From NCBI GenBank assembly GCA_012295275.1, contig CM022672.1, positions 18,972,001 through 19,036,000 on the forward strand: DNA of 64,000 nucleotides, given 5' to 3'. Below, piece after piece: positions 1 to 13,098 of the stretch; position 1 is the stretch's first letter, and each line of letters opens with the position of its first letter. The notes beneath the pieces are model-generated. The model worked only from the letters and a program-made list of their open reading frames with translations, searched no databases and had not been told where the DNA came from. The translations under genes were made by a program, and so were the position numbers. This DNA is from Chrysomallon squamiferum (taxonomy: Eukaryota; Animalia; Mollusca).

Positions 1-1139
1 AAAATCCTATAATAATGTTAAGAACAAATCAAAATGCATCTAGCAATTTTAGACAAGTGAGATGGCTGCATCTTTGATAAACATGATGGGCAAATACATA
101 AAATAATCATGTTTTGAGACAAATAAAAAAAATATGCAGACAACTTTAAATAATGAGATGTAAAAATCTGATGAATGAAACGATACTCATCCATTTTATC
201 CAAATTATCTTTCTTATAAATTAGTTTGAAACTGCTTACATTTAATAAATTAAAAAGAATTTTGACGAATTGATGCTGTATTTGAAAAATGCCCTACAAC
301 ACTGTAATATAGGATGTATGATCAAAGTTAATCACAGTACTTAGTAGGCAAGTATTTTATTAAGTTAATTTACTTTTAAAAAAACAGAAAGGAATGTCAA
401 ATTGCAAATCAGTACCATTTATTATAGACCTAAGACAATATATGAGCAAATAACTAAAATATATTCAGTTTGTTTCAACATAAAAAATGTATTTCAATTA
501 TTTGTCAATTATCAATTTATATTAATATAACAATCCAAGAAAACCTGACTCAGAAGTGTAGTAAGTGGCAAAACATTTTACATTTCTGCATTGACTCATT
601 GAGGTTATTCGAAAAATATTCTAGATAAAAGCTAAGTATGTCATTATAAAAACTGTATCAAGTAGATTTTACTGTTCACTTCTTGATTATGAGTATGTCA
701 TCTGAGCTGAATGTCAGTAATGTATTATAAACTCCTGAAATAATCTAGGAAAAAAGGAAAAAACTTTCATTATTGTTTAAATTTTAATTTTGCTTGAAGT
801 ATTTTTGTTTATGAAATAACTTCAGACAATTGTAAGGTTTATGCACTTGTCTGAAAAAAACATGTATCCCTTGTATCTGATAACCTAAAATAGAAATGTA
901 TTATTTAACATATTTACTTTTAATTTGTAAAAATATATAAAGCAACCTTTTTGTAACCCTTTTAAATATTACTAAATACATATGCATTAAATAATTTTAA
1001 AACTTACTAAAGGCTGTTTTTAAAAGAAAATCCCAATTATAACAATGCTGAAAATAAAAATTTATTTTACTGCTTTAGCAACATAGCTGGTGAATCACAA
1101 AAGAAAAAATGACCTAGCTGGAATGTTTACTATATAAAT

Positions 1140-1573
1140 AAATAAACGCTGGCAAAATTGAATATGCGCTGTTCAGTATACCCTACTGGAACAAAGATTG
1201 GATATTTAATCACTTACTAAGCTAATTTCAACAATAATTTTGCAAAATTTGTCCGCCTTTGATTTTTCAGGCGGCGGCCATATTGGTTTATATCCGAAAT
1301 ACAGCACGCGGCGAAAAAGAGGTCAATAATGAACAAAGACATTATGTATGCAGAATTAAATATGTCTTTGACAGGATGTTAAAGCACATATTATTGCTAT
1401 TTAAAAAATTAAATAGATGAAATTGCATATACCCATGATTTTTATGTAGCATTGCCAACCAACATCAGCCACTTTTCAGCGTCCTTCCGCCAGAAGGTTC
1501 GGGTATATTCGGCGGGAAAAGCATTATTCATTGATTGGCTGAAGTGATACGATTTACACCGATTGCCCCTTAA
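1140..1573. mobile_element. Possible DNA-transposon fragment (GC/CpG-rich island ending ...TGCCCC-TTAA)
   Basis: Abrupt CpG-rich segment inside a CpG-poor background, ending at a TTAA as in TTAA-targeting elements (Kolobok/piggyBac). The second terminus was not found. Confidence 0.25.
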
Positions 1574-4500
1574 TTTTTTACAATTAACTGACCATAAACA
1601 ATATATTTTGCTAATTATCAATAAAATAAAATGTATAATTCACTGAACAAAATGATTATTGTAATGTAGCTATTTTATTACAGCTTAGACATAATTTATC
1701 CAACTGTTTATATCAATATCACTTTGTTCAGATAATGATGGTATCACAATAGATCTCTATCTTAATTATGGCTCCAGCAACATTTTTCATCAGAATGAAA
1801 TATTTAAGTTAATAAATATACTGACAAAGCATTAATTAAGATCATGAAGATATTTTTATACCTGGTATCCCATTTTTTTAAAAAACACCTTGTTATTGTT
1901 TCATCACCTGTCCTCAAGATTACAATCATCAAACCTTTCTTTACATCAGTCATTTTTGTTTTTATTTCTTTCCATCTAATATTTAGCCAACCACACATCA
2001 ACCTATCCATTTATTTATTCTTCTCTTATATTTTTATTAAACATATTTTTATTTTACCATCATATCTTTTAACCATTTGAATATCCATTCTTACAAAGTG
2101 TATGCAATAATTTTATATCTCAACAAATATCTCACTTTATATTTGGAAGCACTGATGTTGTTGTTTTGTTGTTGATGTTCAACTTAATTAGCACAATTAG
2201 TACATTTACATAAGCTTTTACACCACAGTTATTAAATTAATCAATTACTTTTTATATAAAGTTTGTAAAATTATCAGAATAGCTATTTTAAGAAGAAGAA
2301 GAAGTGTTATTTTTCTGTGCAGTTATCTAACTTAATACTGAGTTAAGTTTCTTCCATAAACAGGAAATAGAACATGTCAGTTAGTTTTTTGTTCATATAT
2401 TTTCTCTTTTCATTTGCTCCTGCACATACTGAGTATCTGGATTCATTCTTAAATGTTAAGTTTTCATCATAAAAGGATTTTTGTTTCTAAAATCAATAAA
2501 AATACCCACCTGAAGCCTTTTACTGTTTTCAAAAATTGTTATTACAGGTTATGACCTAGCTTGTTAAGTTCATTTGTACAGATTAATGGTGACCTTTGTG
2601 AATAATGTGGTTCAGTCTGTAATGACTTTTTCTCTATGTTAATAACGTTGACCTTTGTGAATAGTATTATTAATTTTTATCATGAAAATACATCCAAAAA
2701 AATCATATCTTTTTAGTCATATTTGTCAGAGATAGTAACTTATGGGATCATTATATACAGAAGCTGTAAATGAAACTTTCATTCTCCTCTGTTGATGTAA
2801 GTTTATTTGGTAAAGAAAAAACTGCAATGTAATCTAGAGATTAAAACATTTGGCCTAAGCTATATAGTGTATCTCAAGATCAGTAGTATCTGGTGCGTGA
2901 CTAAGTTAATGGCTGTTCCTGTATTTTACGGCTGGTTTATCAATGACTATAATACAATGGAAATATGTATCTAAATGATCTGTTTCTGCAAAAAATAAAA
3001 ATATTTAAGCCCTTTTCACAGAAAGTTGTGTCAGAATTATTAAATGTTTGAAATCAAATAATGAATGACATAAAATTAATGACTGAATTCTGCTGACACT
3101 CATTAAACAAAACAAATTTAGATAAAAAAATAATAGAATTTCTTTCATGTTACCACTGAATGAGGTTAACAAAAGGGAGACAATTAGCATATCTCATTCC
3201 ATGACATTTAATGATAGTTGGCACGCACAATTCTTTGTATCATTGAATGTACGTATGGCGCTAAAGCATTTTGTTTTCAGTCATACAGTCTGGAGTTTGA
3301 ATGTTAATTTAGGAGTTCAGTTTGTCATTTTGACATCATGAATATGTTCTAGCTGAATTTATTTATCTCATACAGATAGGCTTCAGAGATTTGTATTCAG
3401 TAATAGTTTCAGTTGGTTTTAGTACCTCATTATATTTGAAGATTTGATCTTTCAGTCAAAAGAAGGAAAAAATAATACACTTCCCTCCCATCCAGAGGTA
3501 AAAAGAAATAGTAAGATGAAAAAGAGAAAGAAGATATTTATTAAATTAAAAATATGATGATGCATTAACAAAATAAAATAAAACACACAAATAATAATAA
3601 ATGATAATATATTTAAAACAAACAAAACACCCAAGGAAACCCCCTAAAAAACAGAAAAAAAGAAAAAAAAAGTTTTGTTCATGGTTTATTTCTGTTATGA
3701 AGCAGCACACAATTACAATCAGTTATCACACAGTATTAAACAACTGAAGAAAGCAAAATTATGTTTTTAAACTGTCTCTGTAACATATTCATTCCATTCC
3801 CCCTCCCCACACTAAAATAATAATAATAATAATAATAATAGTAACAATAACATAAAAAAGACATATAAAATCATCATTCTTGTTTAATATTGTGTATTAT
3901 TTTAAAATAATAAATCAGTTTTTTTAAAATTCTATAACATTCAAGGCTTTCTTTTTAAAACTTAAATATTTTGAAAATTAGGTCATTCTCTCTGATGTAA
4001 AGTATTGACTAATAATGATACTGACAGGATTTAAAATCAAATCTGACATATCCTTCATCTTGATAAAAATTACATGTCTAAAGTTAAACACAATTTTCAT
4101 AGTTAACAAGTAGCAACAGAAGATCTTACCATCCCACAAACAGGAAAGACCACATAACAAACTGTCTATAAAATATATGTTTCTAGTATCAAAATAAGTC
4201 TAAATAATTAAACAGGATTAAAAAATATAAAACTTTATTCTGTATACATTTCTGTGCAACAGAATTTAAAAACCAATTAATTAACTACCATCTTTATTAA
4301 ATAATAACAAAACTGTAATATAACAAATCTTTATTGAAATACCTAAAATATTTTATTATATCAATTCTTATTAGGTGTGTGTGACATATTGTTGTTATAT
4401 CATTACATTATGTACAACAAATATAAACATGATAAAACAAAAGGACGTATTTGTCCACTGTGAATAACCCTGCACCGTCTTTCCAAATATAAACACATCA

Positions 4501-4782
4501 TCTTTATAGAATAACAATATGATATCTTTTTTTTTAATTTCAGTTATCTCATTATTTTTTTTTTAAACACATGTAAATGTGATTAAAACTATTAACAAAA
4601 TCATTTAATTAATAAATAGTAAACATCATGATGTTTTTTTTAAAATCCCCCACAAAATCCCAGTTCTTCTGAATATGGTTTATTTTGTAAAAAAAAAAAA
4701 AAAAAAAAATTCCAATCATAAAATCTGAGAAATATCTAGATAGATATAACAACTTTAACTGTTGATATTTTAAAATTCTTGT

Positions 4783-4948
4783 TCATTCAATCTCCTCTGG
4801 TTTCACTGTCAGCGAGATTCTGCTGTTTTTCCTCATCACTGTCAGTTTCAGAATGTCACTTGAGCTGATAGCACTGAAGAAATCTGCCGAAGCTTTGACT
4901 TCTTTGCCATTAATATGAGTGATGACGTCACCTGGCTTCAGACCCCCG
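4783..4948 (-). CDS. HTRA2: HTRA2 exon 7 (PDZ, second half, and stop)
   Basis: Acceptor ttttccag|, [57 protein letters not shown]; not in the ORF track. Confidence 0.93.
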
Positions 4949-7900
4949 CTGGAAAATAGAGAAGTGCAACAGAATTTATTAGAATGATTTTAGAATTATC
5001 AGAATCATTGCTTATTCTTTATTAACCATTTATTTATTATTTATTAGAATCATTTGTTAGAATCATCTAATGAAATTTTGCCATGAAGCCCACCTCAGAA
5101 AATATAGAAATACTCATACAATGTTATTATTCCAATTATTCTAGAATGCCTGTACTAAAATGTTTAAACATTAAGCCTACCTCAGAAAGTATAGAAATAC
5201 ACTTACAATATTATTATTTCAGTTATTCTTGTATGTTTTTACTTAAAAACTTTATCTAAAGAGAGAAATATACTAAATTTACATTTACAAAAACAAACCT
5301 GCTAAGGTTAGAGTTACAACCAATAAATAAGCACTTTATTTTTGATCATGTAAATTTAACTAAAATGTTCTAATTAATAGCTTGCAATGGTTAAAAAAAT
5401 AATAATGATCAACTTTGTCAATTTATCACAATTTATTGTCTAGTAATTCTACTTTGTGCGCGTCTGCTACACTAAAAACAGAAGATAGTTATGCTGTAAA
5501 ACCGTTTAAATCTTACTTGTAAGCTGGAGAGCCAATGATGATCCTGTCCACAAACACGCCAGCCTCAATACTTTCAGGAAAATCAGAAATTCTCTTCTGC
5601 AGCTCTCTGATAATACTAGGAGTCAGTGTCAACATTGTTATACCGATGTAGCGTTGTTTCTTTGGGCTTGTCACACGCCCAAACCAGCTCTTTGACTGTG
5701 ATTCTCCTGAAACAAAAAGTTCAAAATTAATGAAGAACAATGGAATCAAAGACTACACACATACAAGAAAAAAAACAAAAAAAAAAAAAACAGAGGTAAT
5801 GAAAAACTGACTGCCTCAAAAGCCAAGTCTGGATCTTGAAAATAAAATTTCCAGTAAAATGAAAAACATTACCAAACAATTATTAAGAAATATTAAAAAG
5901 AAATCATTAGTAATAACTATTATTTGTGTTTTTGTGATTTTGTGAAACATCTTTAATCAAGGCCATGAATACAATAGTCTTTATAACCCAAACATTTTTG
6001 AGACAGCAAGTTTATGATAAGTTCACTGTAATTACCTGAGGGTAAACATACAAGGTTGTTTAAGAATATTGTTTACCTCTGTAGCTGAGGGCGTCAGCTT
6101 TAGAAAGGAAATCTTGTACATAGTCAGATGGAATGGCAAAAGAAATTCCAGTTGTAACTTTCATGGTGTTTATACCAATGGCTTGTCCATCCTGTAAAAT
6201 ATAAAAAAAAAAAAAAAAAAAAAAAATTAGTAACTCAATCAGATTTATTAATAACATATGCAATTTAAAATTTAATTTTATCAATATTGTATTTCCTTGT
6301 TTTTTCTCTAGTAATTGCTGAAATATAATAAGATTAATTTTATGATTAATTCAAATTAAAGGATTTTTTTCAAATATACAAGTAACTTACCAAATTGACT
6401 AGAGGGCCTCCAGAATTACCAAACTAAAAATAAAACAAACATTTACTTACTATCATGATATTAATAACAAAGAAAGAGAAATCTGAAACAGTTGTGACAA
6501 AAGAGTATTCAATAAAAAATAAAAACAAATATTTGTACCGATTAATAATATTAATAATAACAGTGGTTTAATGTAGACTTAATTGTTTGGTTTTTTGTTT
6601 GTTTTTATATCAGTTAAATTGTTTTTAACATTTTCCTTTCAACTTAATTTTAATTTTATTGTGATTTTATCATTTTTACAGTACTGTGATTAAGCTTCCT
6701 TTTAATTTAAGTATTAATGTAAGTATAACTTTGCTATAATATTGATATAATTATGTGTTTAATCATTATTATGTTATTGTCGTTATGGTTTGATCACTAT
6801 TATGTTATTATGATTATGGTTTGATCATTTTTATCAACATACTGTGAATGTCAAAGAAATGCTAGTTACTCTTAATGCTGTTTCATTCTGTAACATTTAT
6901 TTATTATATCCAAGTCTTACGTTTATAACTGCGTCTGTCTGTATGTAGTTGATGTCTTTGTTGTGAATCCCCAGTTCACGGCTTCCTCGTTGGATACTGC
7001 TGACAATCCCAGAGGTAACAGTGTTGCTAAGAGACAAGGGACTCCCCATAGCAATAACCCATTCTCCAGGTCGTACAGATGAGGATTTTCCCAGTTCAAG
7101 TATGGGCAAGCCAGTCTGATTAATAAAGAAAAATTTACTTTCTAAAGTAATAATTGTCATATAAATTGTTACCTTATATATAAATAATAATAATAATAAA
7201 CCAAAATAATAAAATAAAATAAAAAAGAAGAAAATAAATAAAATAAAATAAAATAAATTTGTATACAACAAATAACTTCAGAAATAACAATAATTAAAAT
7301 GTATTTAACACATTTTCTGAAAATTTCTTTATTATAAATATTAAAAAAATCTTACCAATGATTAAACAATTTTTAAAGTTAATAATTCAGTGAATAAAAA
7401 TATGCTCTTAAGGTAAAGAAGTCAACATATAATTCAGACTAGATGAGACCTGACTTAAATATACTTTTCAGTTATTAAACATGAAGTTGATACTATATAG
7501 TTTTCACATAACTTAAAATAACAAATGAATTTAACAATGTTCTAATCCAAACAGGTTTCTTTTTATTTTTTATTTTAACCATACTTACAGCATCAATTTT
7601 AACAGTAGCTAGATCAGATATCTGATCAACAGCAGTGACAGTTCCCTCAAACACTCTCTCATCATGAAGCTTAACTATTACTGTCTGTTTGTTAGCTACC
7701 ACATGTGCATTGGTCAAAATAAGACCATTTTCACGAATAACAAAACCAGAACCATTGGACAGAGTAACAAGACCACCATGATAAGGATGTCTGTTGGAAA
7801 AAATAAAAAAACAAAACAATGATTTCTGAGTGGTCCAAATACCTAATTCTTTTTAATCTACAACAATTTCTCTGTTATTGCTTTACACCTAACAGATTTG

Positions 7901-8535
7901 GTGATGGTAATATATGTATTAAGATAAATTATTTTCTTCCTTTCACATACAATTCAGATATATTTTAATTAAAAGCAGATACACACAGACATCACATATT
8001 ACACCTTTTATTGATAACTGTTTCTTCAACATCTTTATTTTATTATTAATTTTTATTGTAATGTTTGATCTCCACCATAATTTGTCAGATGGCTTTATTC
8101 ATTATTATACCATGTAATTATTAGTAATTATAATGTATTAATTATTATATACCTCCCCTTAATTTCTATGTAAACAACTGCAGGTGCTGCCTTTTCAACG
8201 ACATCGGCAATAAAATTAAACTGTGTCCTTGGCGTGTCAAAAACAGGTACTGCAGCATGTACTGTGGTGAAACAGTCAGTGTTCGGAAATGAAATACTTT
8301 GATAATATTTGTACAACACTACAGAAGAAACACCGGCTGCAATACCAATGCATAACTTTTGCACTGTTCCAACTTTTGTCGCACTGCTGGAGACAATTCG
8401 AGTTTGATTTCTGCAGTGTTGGAAAGCTCGCATGAAAGTACATGCATAACTGTGTTTTACAAATTTATTTGAAAGTACCTTATGAATAGAACTTGATTTG
8501 TTTGCAAGTACAAATAATTTCATAATGCAATTCAT
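4783..8535 (-). CDS. HTRA2: Serine protease HTRA2/Omi, mitochondrial; 7 exons: join(8153-8535,7589-7790,6921-7115,6391-6423,6077-6191,5517-5706,4783-4948), 1284 nt, 427 aa
   Basis: Spliced by hand; all six introns GT..AG with matching phases (2,0,0,0,1,2). Basic, acid-poor N-terminal presequence, TM segment ([15 protein letters not shown]), AVPV motif, [20 protein letters not shown], trypsin-like domain ([37 protein letters not shown]), C-terminal PDZ ([11 protein letters not shown]...[14 protein letters not shown]). No IGFBP/Kazal domains, so HTRA2-type rather than HTRA1/3. Confidence 0.95.
5087..5230. repeat. Diverged tandem duplication (~87-bp period) in HTRA2 intron 6
   Basis: agcccacctcagaaaatatagaaatac... 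and agcctacctcagaaagtatagaaatac... Confidence 0.8.
5517..5706 (-). CDS. HTRA2: HTRA2 exon 6 (PDZ, first half)
   Basis: Acceptor tttcag|, ...[24 protein letters not shown]...IIIGSPAY, donor AA|gtaaga. Confidence 0.93.
6077..6191 (-). CDS. HTRA2: HTRA2 exon 5
   Basis: Poly-T tract and acceptor ttacag|, [23 protein letters not shown]..., donor G|gtaaac. Confidence 0.93.
6391..6423 (-). CDS. HTRA2: HTRA2 exon 4, 33-nt micro-exon [11 protein letters not shown] (catalytic Ser)
   Basis: Reverse complement reads tttttag|TTT GGT AAT TCT GGA GGC CCT CTA GTC AAT TTG|gtaagt; exactly fills the gap between DAVIN and DGQAIG. Confidence 0.95.
6921..7115 (-). CDS. HTRA2: HTRA2 exon 3
   Basis: Acceptor aatcag|, [40 protein letters not shown]...IQTDAVIN, donor |gtaaga. 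Confidence 0.95.
7589..7790 (-). CDS. HTRA2: HTRA2 exon 2 (catalytic His and Asp)
   Basis: Acceptor ttccaacag|, [16 protein letters not shown]...TNAHVV...[10 protein letters not shown], donor |gtaagt. Confidence 0.95.
8153..8535 (-). CDS. HTRA2: HTRA2 exon 1 (presequence, TM, AVPV, start of protease domain)
   Basis: ORF 8128-8535; donor AG|GTATAT after ...IEIKG-R, phase 2. Exact start Met (M1 vs M5) uncertain. Confidence 0.9.
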
Positions 8536-9028
8536 TTTCTTTCGCGAGTCCTCTAACTAGACTGGTTTTTACGCTAATTAATTTCGTTTTGAGAACTAGT
8601 CTAGATGTGACAGTGAAGAGAGTAGTCTCCCTCTAGTCGTGCGAAACAAAAGTCAGGTTCATTTAAATATAAAAAATGAAAAAACAAATAAATAATAATT
8701 AAACAAAAAAAACAAAACAAAAAAAGTATCGCCAAACTTCGATCACCTAACAAAATTTAATAAAAAAAAATGAAAATTAAAAATTGAACTTTGTACCAAT
8801 TTTGCTAATATTTAAATAAACGATAATGGCACACACACGAACACACACACACAAACCCCCCCACACACATACTTACATATATACTACAATGGATGATTAT
8901 CAAATGATAATATATATTAAATCCTTTAGGTTTTAAAAACTCGCGCATAGCTATATGAAATCTGTAAAATATTATAAGTACACTGATTTCTTGCATATCT
9001 ATCTGCAACTTCACATAGCTTATATATC

Positions 9029-9079
<51 letters not shown>

Positions 9080-9733
9080 AAACTAAAATGTTTTCTATTT
9101 ATTTATAACCCAGTACAGCTGAACCTTTAGATCACACAAGCAGTACAGTAGAAAATAATCGTTTTGGATGACAGAAAAAATACAGTGCAATGCAGTGTTA
9201 ATGCCTGAAATGAACTAGTAAAATGCGTTCCTCATTTTATATTTTAATAATCATCTATTGTAGTATATACAGCATTTATATGCAAACTTAGTTCAGGGTT
9301 TTATGTACAAGTTTACGTCAATGTTTTATGTACAACCTTATTGCATCTTTTCATGTGCAGAATTCTTTAATAAACGAACATAGACCAATTCCCATTCACG
9401 TATAGTTATACCTCTGTACAGGTTATTTGATAGTTAAGTATTTTATGTTTCTATTTTTTTTTTTTTTTTTGTGTTTTGTTTAGATTACGTTTTCATTACA
9501 AGAGAAATGCTCACAACGACAAACGCTACAGAGACTGAGTCCACTCACTTGTTTACCTCCTACCTTCCATTGTGTTAAAAACAACAAAGAATGTACAAAC
9601 GAAACGATAACAACGGTAAAACAACAAAAACAAACAAACAAAATACAAACTGGTGTTCCTTCGTTTGTGTAATTTCATATTATTATACCTTTTGTTGTTA
9701 TTGTTGTTTTTCGTTTATGATGTTAATTGCATT

Positions 9734-9773
9734 TTACTACTACTACTACTGTTACTACTACTACTACTACTGT

Positions 9774-9808
<35 letters not shown>

Positions 9809-9830
9809 TTACCACTTCTACTACTATTAT
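9734..9830. repeat. (TAC)n microsatellite
   Basis: Read directly; source of the poly-Y and poly-L ORFs. Confidence 0.9.
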
Positions 9831-10506
9831 TAATATTATTACTGTATGATATCTTGAATTTTTTTTTAAAGAGTATTAACTTCAGTAATATGAAGCAAGT
9901 TTGAGAATTAATTAGTTATACGATCACGATAATTTACAGTGAAATAAATATTGCTATTGTGTCTCAGATTTGATGTGTGTATATATGTATGTATGTATGT
10001 ATGTGTGTATATATGCGTAATGTGTATGTGTGTCTATTTCATATTAATGCAACCATTTTTATTATATAATGACGGTACTGAGTATAACACAACACAGCAA
10101 ATACAATACAATTCGATATAATACCACGCAGTACAGTGTAATATTCCACAGGTCAATTTATACACAATACAGTGTAATTACAAATACTAGTAATATAAAT
10201 ACAGTAATCGTTATTTAACTTCATGTTGTTGTTGTTTTTTTTCTTTTTCAGAAACAAAGTTTTATTTTATATGACATAAACAGATTATAAATTGTACATT
10301 TTAATTTAATATAATCATACAAAATACACGATATTAAAATACAGATTATAATCATTTGAAACTCATACATTACAGATGTGTATTATTTCCTAATTAATAT
10401 AAGGTAAGGTTTTTATTATTTTTCAGTCCATTCATTCATCAACTAGTTTTTTTTGGTTTTGTTTCATTATTTTTATTTCGTTATTTATTTTCTTTTTGTT
10501 ACTTTT

Positions 10507-10591
<85 letters not shown>

Positions 10592-11946
10592 GATTCTTGT
10601 CGTTGTCGTTACAATTACCGTTTCTACTACTACTGTTACTACTACTATTTGTATTACAGTTTTAAATAAATAAATACATTTTTATTTATTTATTTTCGAA
10701 AAAAACAACATTGTAAAAGTTTATTTTATTTTCTTGTATAATTATTTTAAATTTGTAACTCTCAGTTTCAAAACATTGTTTATTCTCCTTATTCTTATTT
10801 TTGTCTGTTAATGAAAACGACAACAACATCAACAACAACAACAACAATATTATTATTATTATTATTATTATTAATATTGTTGTTGTTGTTGCTACTTGTT
10901 GTTATTATTATTGCTATTATTATTGTTATTATTATTACTATTGTTACTGTTATTATTATTACTAAAATATATTATTGAAATATTTGTTGTATTAGTACAT
11001 ATAAAATGTATAATGTTGTCTTTTATCAGTATATTTATAATACAAAAATACGTGCAGGTTTTAAAATTCTATAAAATAAACATTATGTAATTAAATAATA
11101 CTCTGATAAACGTAATTATATACTAATGTTGAAAATTAAAAGAAAAAACCCAACAAAACAAAAACATATGAATAAACGATCAATTAATGTATTAAGCTTT
11201 TGTAGGCTTAGCTCCTATTAAAGTATAATTAAATATGAATTTAAAAATAAATAATTTATGGCTCTTAAGGTTCATTAACATTAATTATCTGTGACACGTG
11301 ATTTTTCGTTTTTCCTTTTTCTTCTTTTTTTTAATATTACTGTTGTAATGAGCTATTTTTCGTTATGACAAACACACACACACGCAAAAAAATAAAAAAA
11401 AAAAAAAAATAAAAAAATAAAAAATAAAAAATTAAAATAAAAACAAAATACAATTAAAGGGAACCCCTCCCAAACGACAAATTATTAAACAATTTGTTTT
11501 TGCTAAAAAATAACTTTAATTAAAATTTTAATTTTCGTATATTTTAATTAAATCTTACTTCATTAATCAATACAAACAACCGTCAATCTTCGATGAAGCG
11601 CCTTTATAATAATACTTATTTCTAAAATTATAATTATTTCTATCGTTTTTCACTAATATAAGATAAACTGGATCTATGACCTTTTTAATTTCTTGCATAC
11701 GATAATAAAAATGTCTGCAAAAAATGTTTTTGTATTGTTCATTGATTAAACGATACGTATACTAGAAATACATATTGTACAGAAAATAACTGCATATATA
11801 TATATATATATATATGTACGTGTGTGTGTATATACACTTACACACACACAGACAGCATAAACATAAACATTAAAATATATACACATACAGACAAAAAAAA
11901 AAAAAAAATTAAAAAATAAATAATTATAAAAAAAAAAAAAAAAAAA

Positions 11947-12009
<63 letters not shown>

Positions 12010-12296
12010 TGTAATAAATTTCACCGAAGTTCTTGCAGATTGTTTTATTAGTTTGCTAACATTAAAAAACAGAAAAATTAAAAAGTCTGTTTTACATAAC
12101 TAAGCAATATTTTGTAAAAAGAATTATTCTTTTTCAGCAAAAATAGTTCCATTAATTTTACACATATAACATTATGTAACTGTTCTTTAATACTAAGGAA
12201 CAGGTTTTAAACCAGTTTTGTATTACACAAATTCAAGGATGGGAAAAAATAATAAAAAAACCCAACAACAACAAACACACACAAAACAATACTCCC

Positions 12297-12483
12297 TCCC
12301 GAAAAAAAAAGAAGCCTGCCTTAGCCTATGACACCACCGCCATCACCAACTCAAAAACAACAACAACAACAACAACAACAATAATAATAATAACTGCAAT
12401 GAATTTTCGTAGGAGTAACTTCCATCCCGAAAAAAAAAGAAGCCTGCCTTAGCCCATCACACCACCGCCATCACCAACTCAAA

Positions 12484-12520
<37 letters not shown>

Positions 12521-12626
12521 AATAATAATAACTGCAATGAATTTTCGTAGGAGTAACTTCTGATGTAGGAGCATCCCGAAAAAAAAGCCTGCCTTAGCCC
12601 ATCACACCACCGCCATCACCAACTCA

Positions 12627-12663
<37 letters not shown>

Positions 12664-12923
12664 AATAATAATAATAACTGCAATGAATTTTCGTAGGAGT
12701 AACTTCTGATGTAGGAGCATCCCGAACAAAAAAAGAAGCCTGCCTTAGCCCATCACACCACCGCCATCACCAACTCAAAAAACAACAACAACAACAACAA
12801 CAACAACAATAATAATAATAACTGCAATGAATTTTCGTAGGAGTAACTTCTGATGTAGGAGCATCCCGAAAAAAAAAAGAAGCCTGCCTTAGCCCATCAC
12901 ACCACCGCCATCACCAACTCAAA

Positions 12924-12957
<34 letters not shown>

Positions 12958-13015
12958 ACAATAATAATAATAACTGCAATGAATTTTCGTAGGAGTAACT
13001 TCTGTTGTAGGAGCA
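12297..13015. repeat. Tandem array of 5 units (~128-152 bp), each with a nested variable (AAC)n(AAT)n microsatellite
   Basis: Units start near 12297, 12425, 12574, 12720 and 12864: tcccg(A)n-(gaa)gcctgccttagcccatcacaccaccgccatcaccaactc-(AAC)n(AAT)n-aactgcaatgaattttcgtaggagtaacttctgatgtaggagca. Confidence 0.95.
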
Positions 13016-13066
13016 TTTAAATTTTTTCTTATGGTTTTTACCATTCCAAAAACTGTCATAATAATC

Positions 13067-13098
<32 letters not shown>

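Noticed and set aside
1-4200. Possible exons of a further gene downstream of HTRA2
   Set aside because: Several acceptor-like sites (about 745, 2760, 2987) are followed by stops or give no recognisable protein; no gene model could be supported.
4783-8535. Assignment as secreted HTRA1/3-type protease
   Set aside because: No signal peptide, IGFBP or Kazal domain; the presequence + TM + AVPx arrangement matches HTRA2.
12297-13015. CRISPR-like look (constant blocks alternating with variable segments)
   Set aside because: The variable parts are microsatellite length variants, not unique spacers; units are about 145 bp; the context is eukaryotic with no cas genes.
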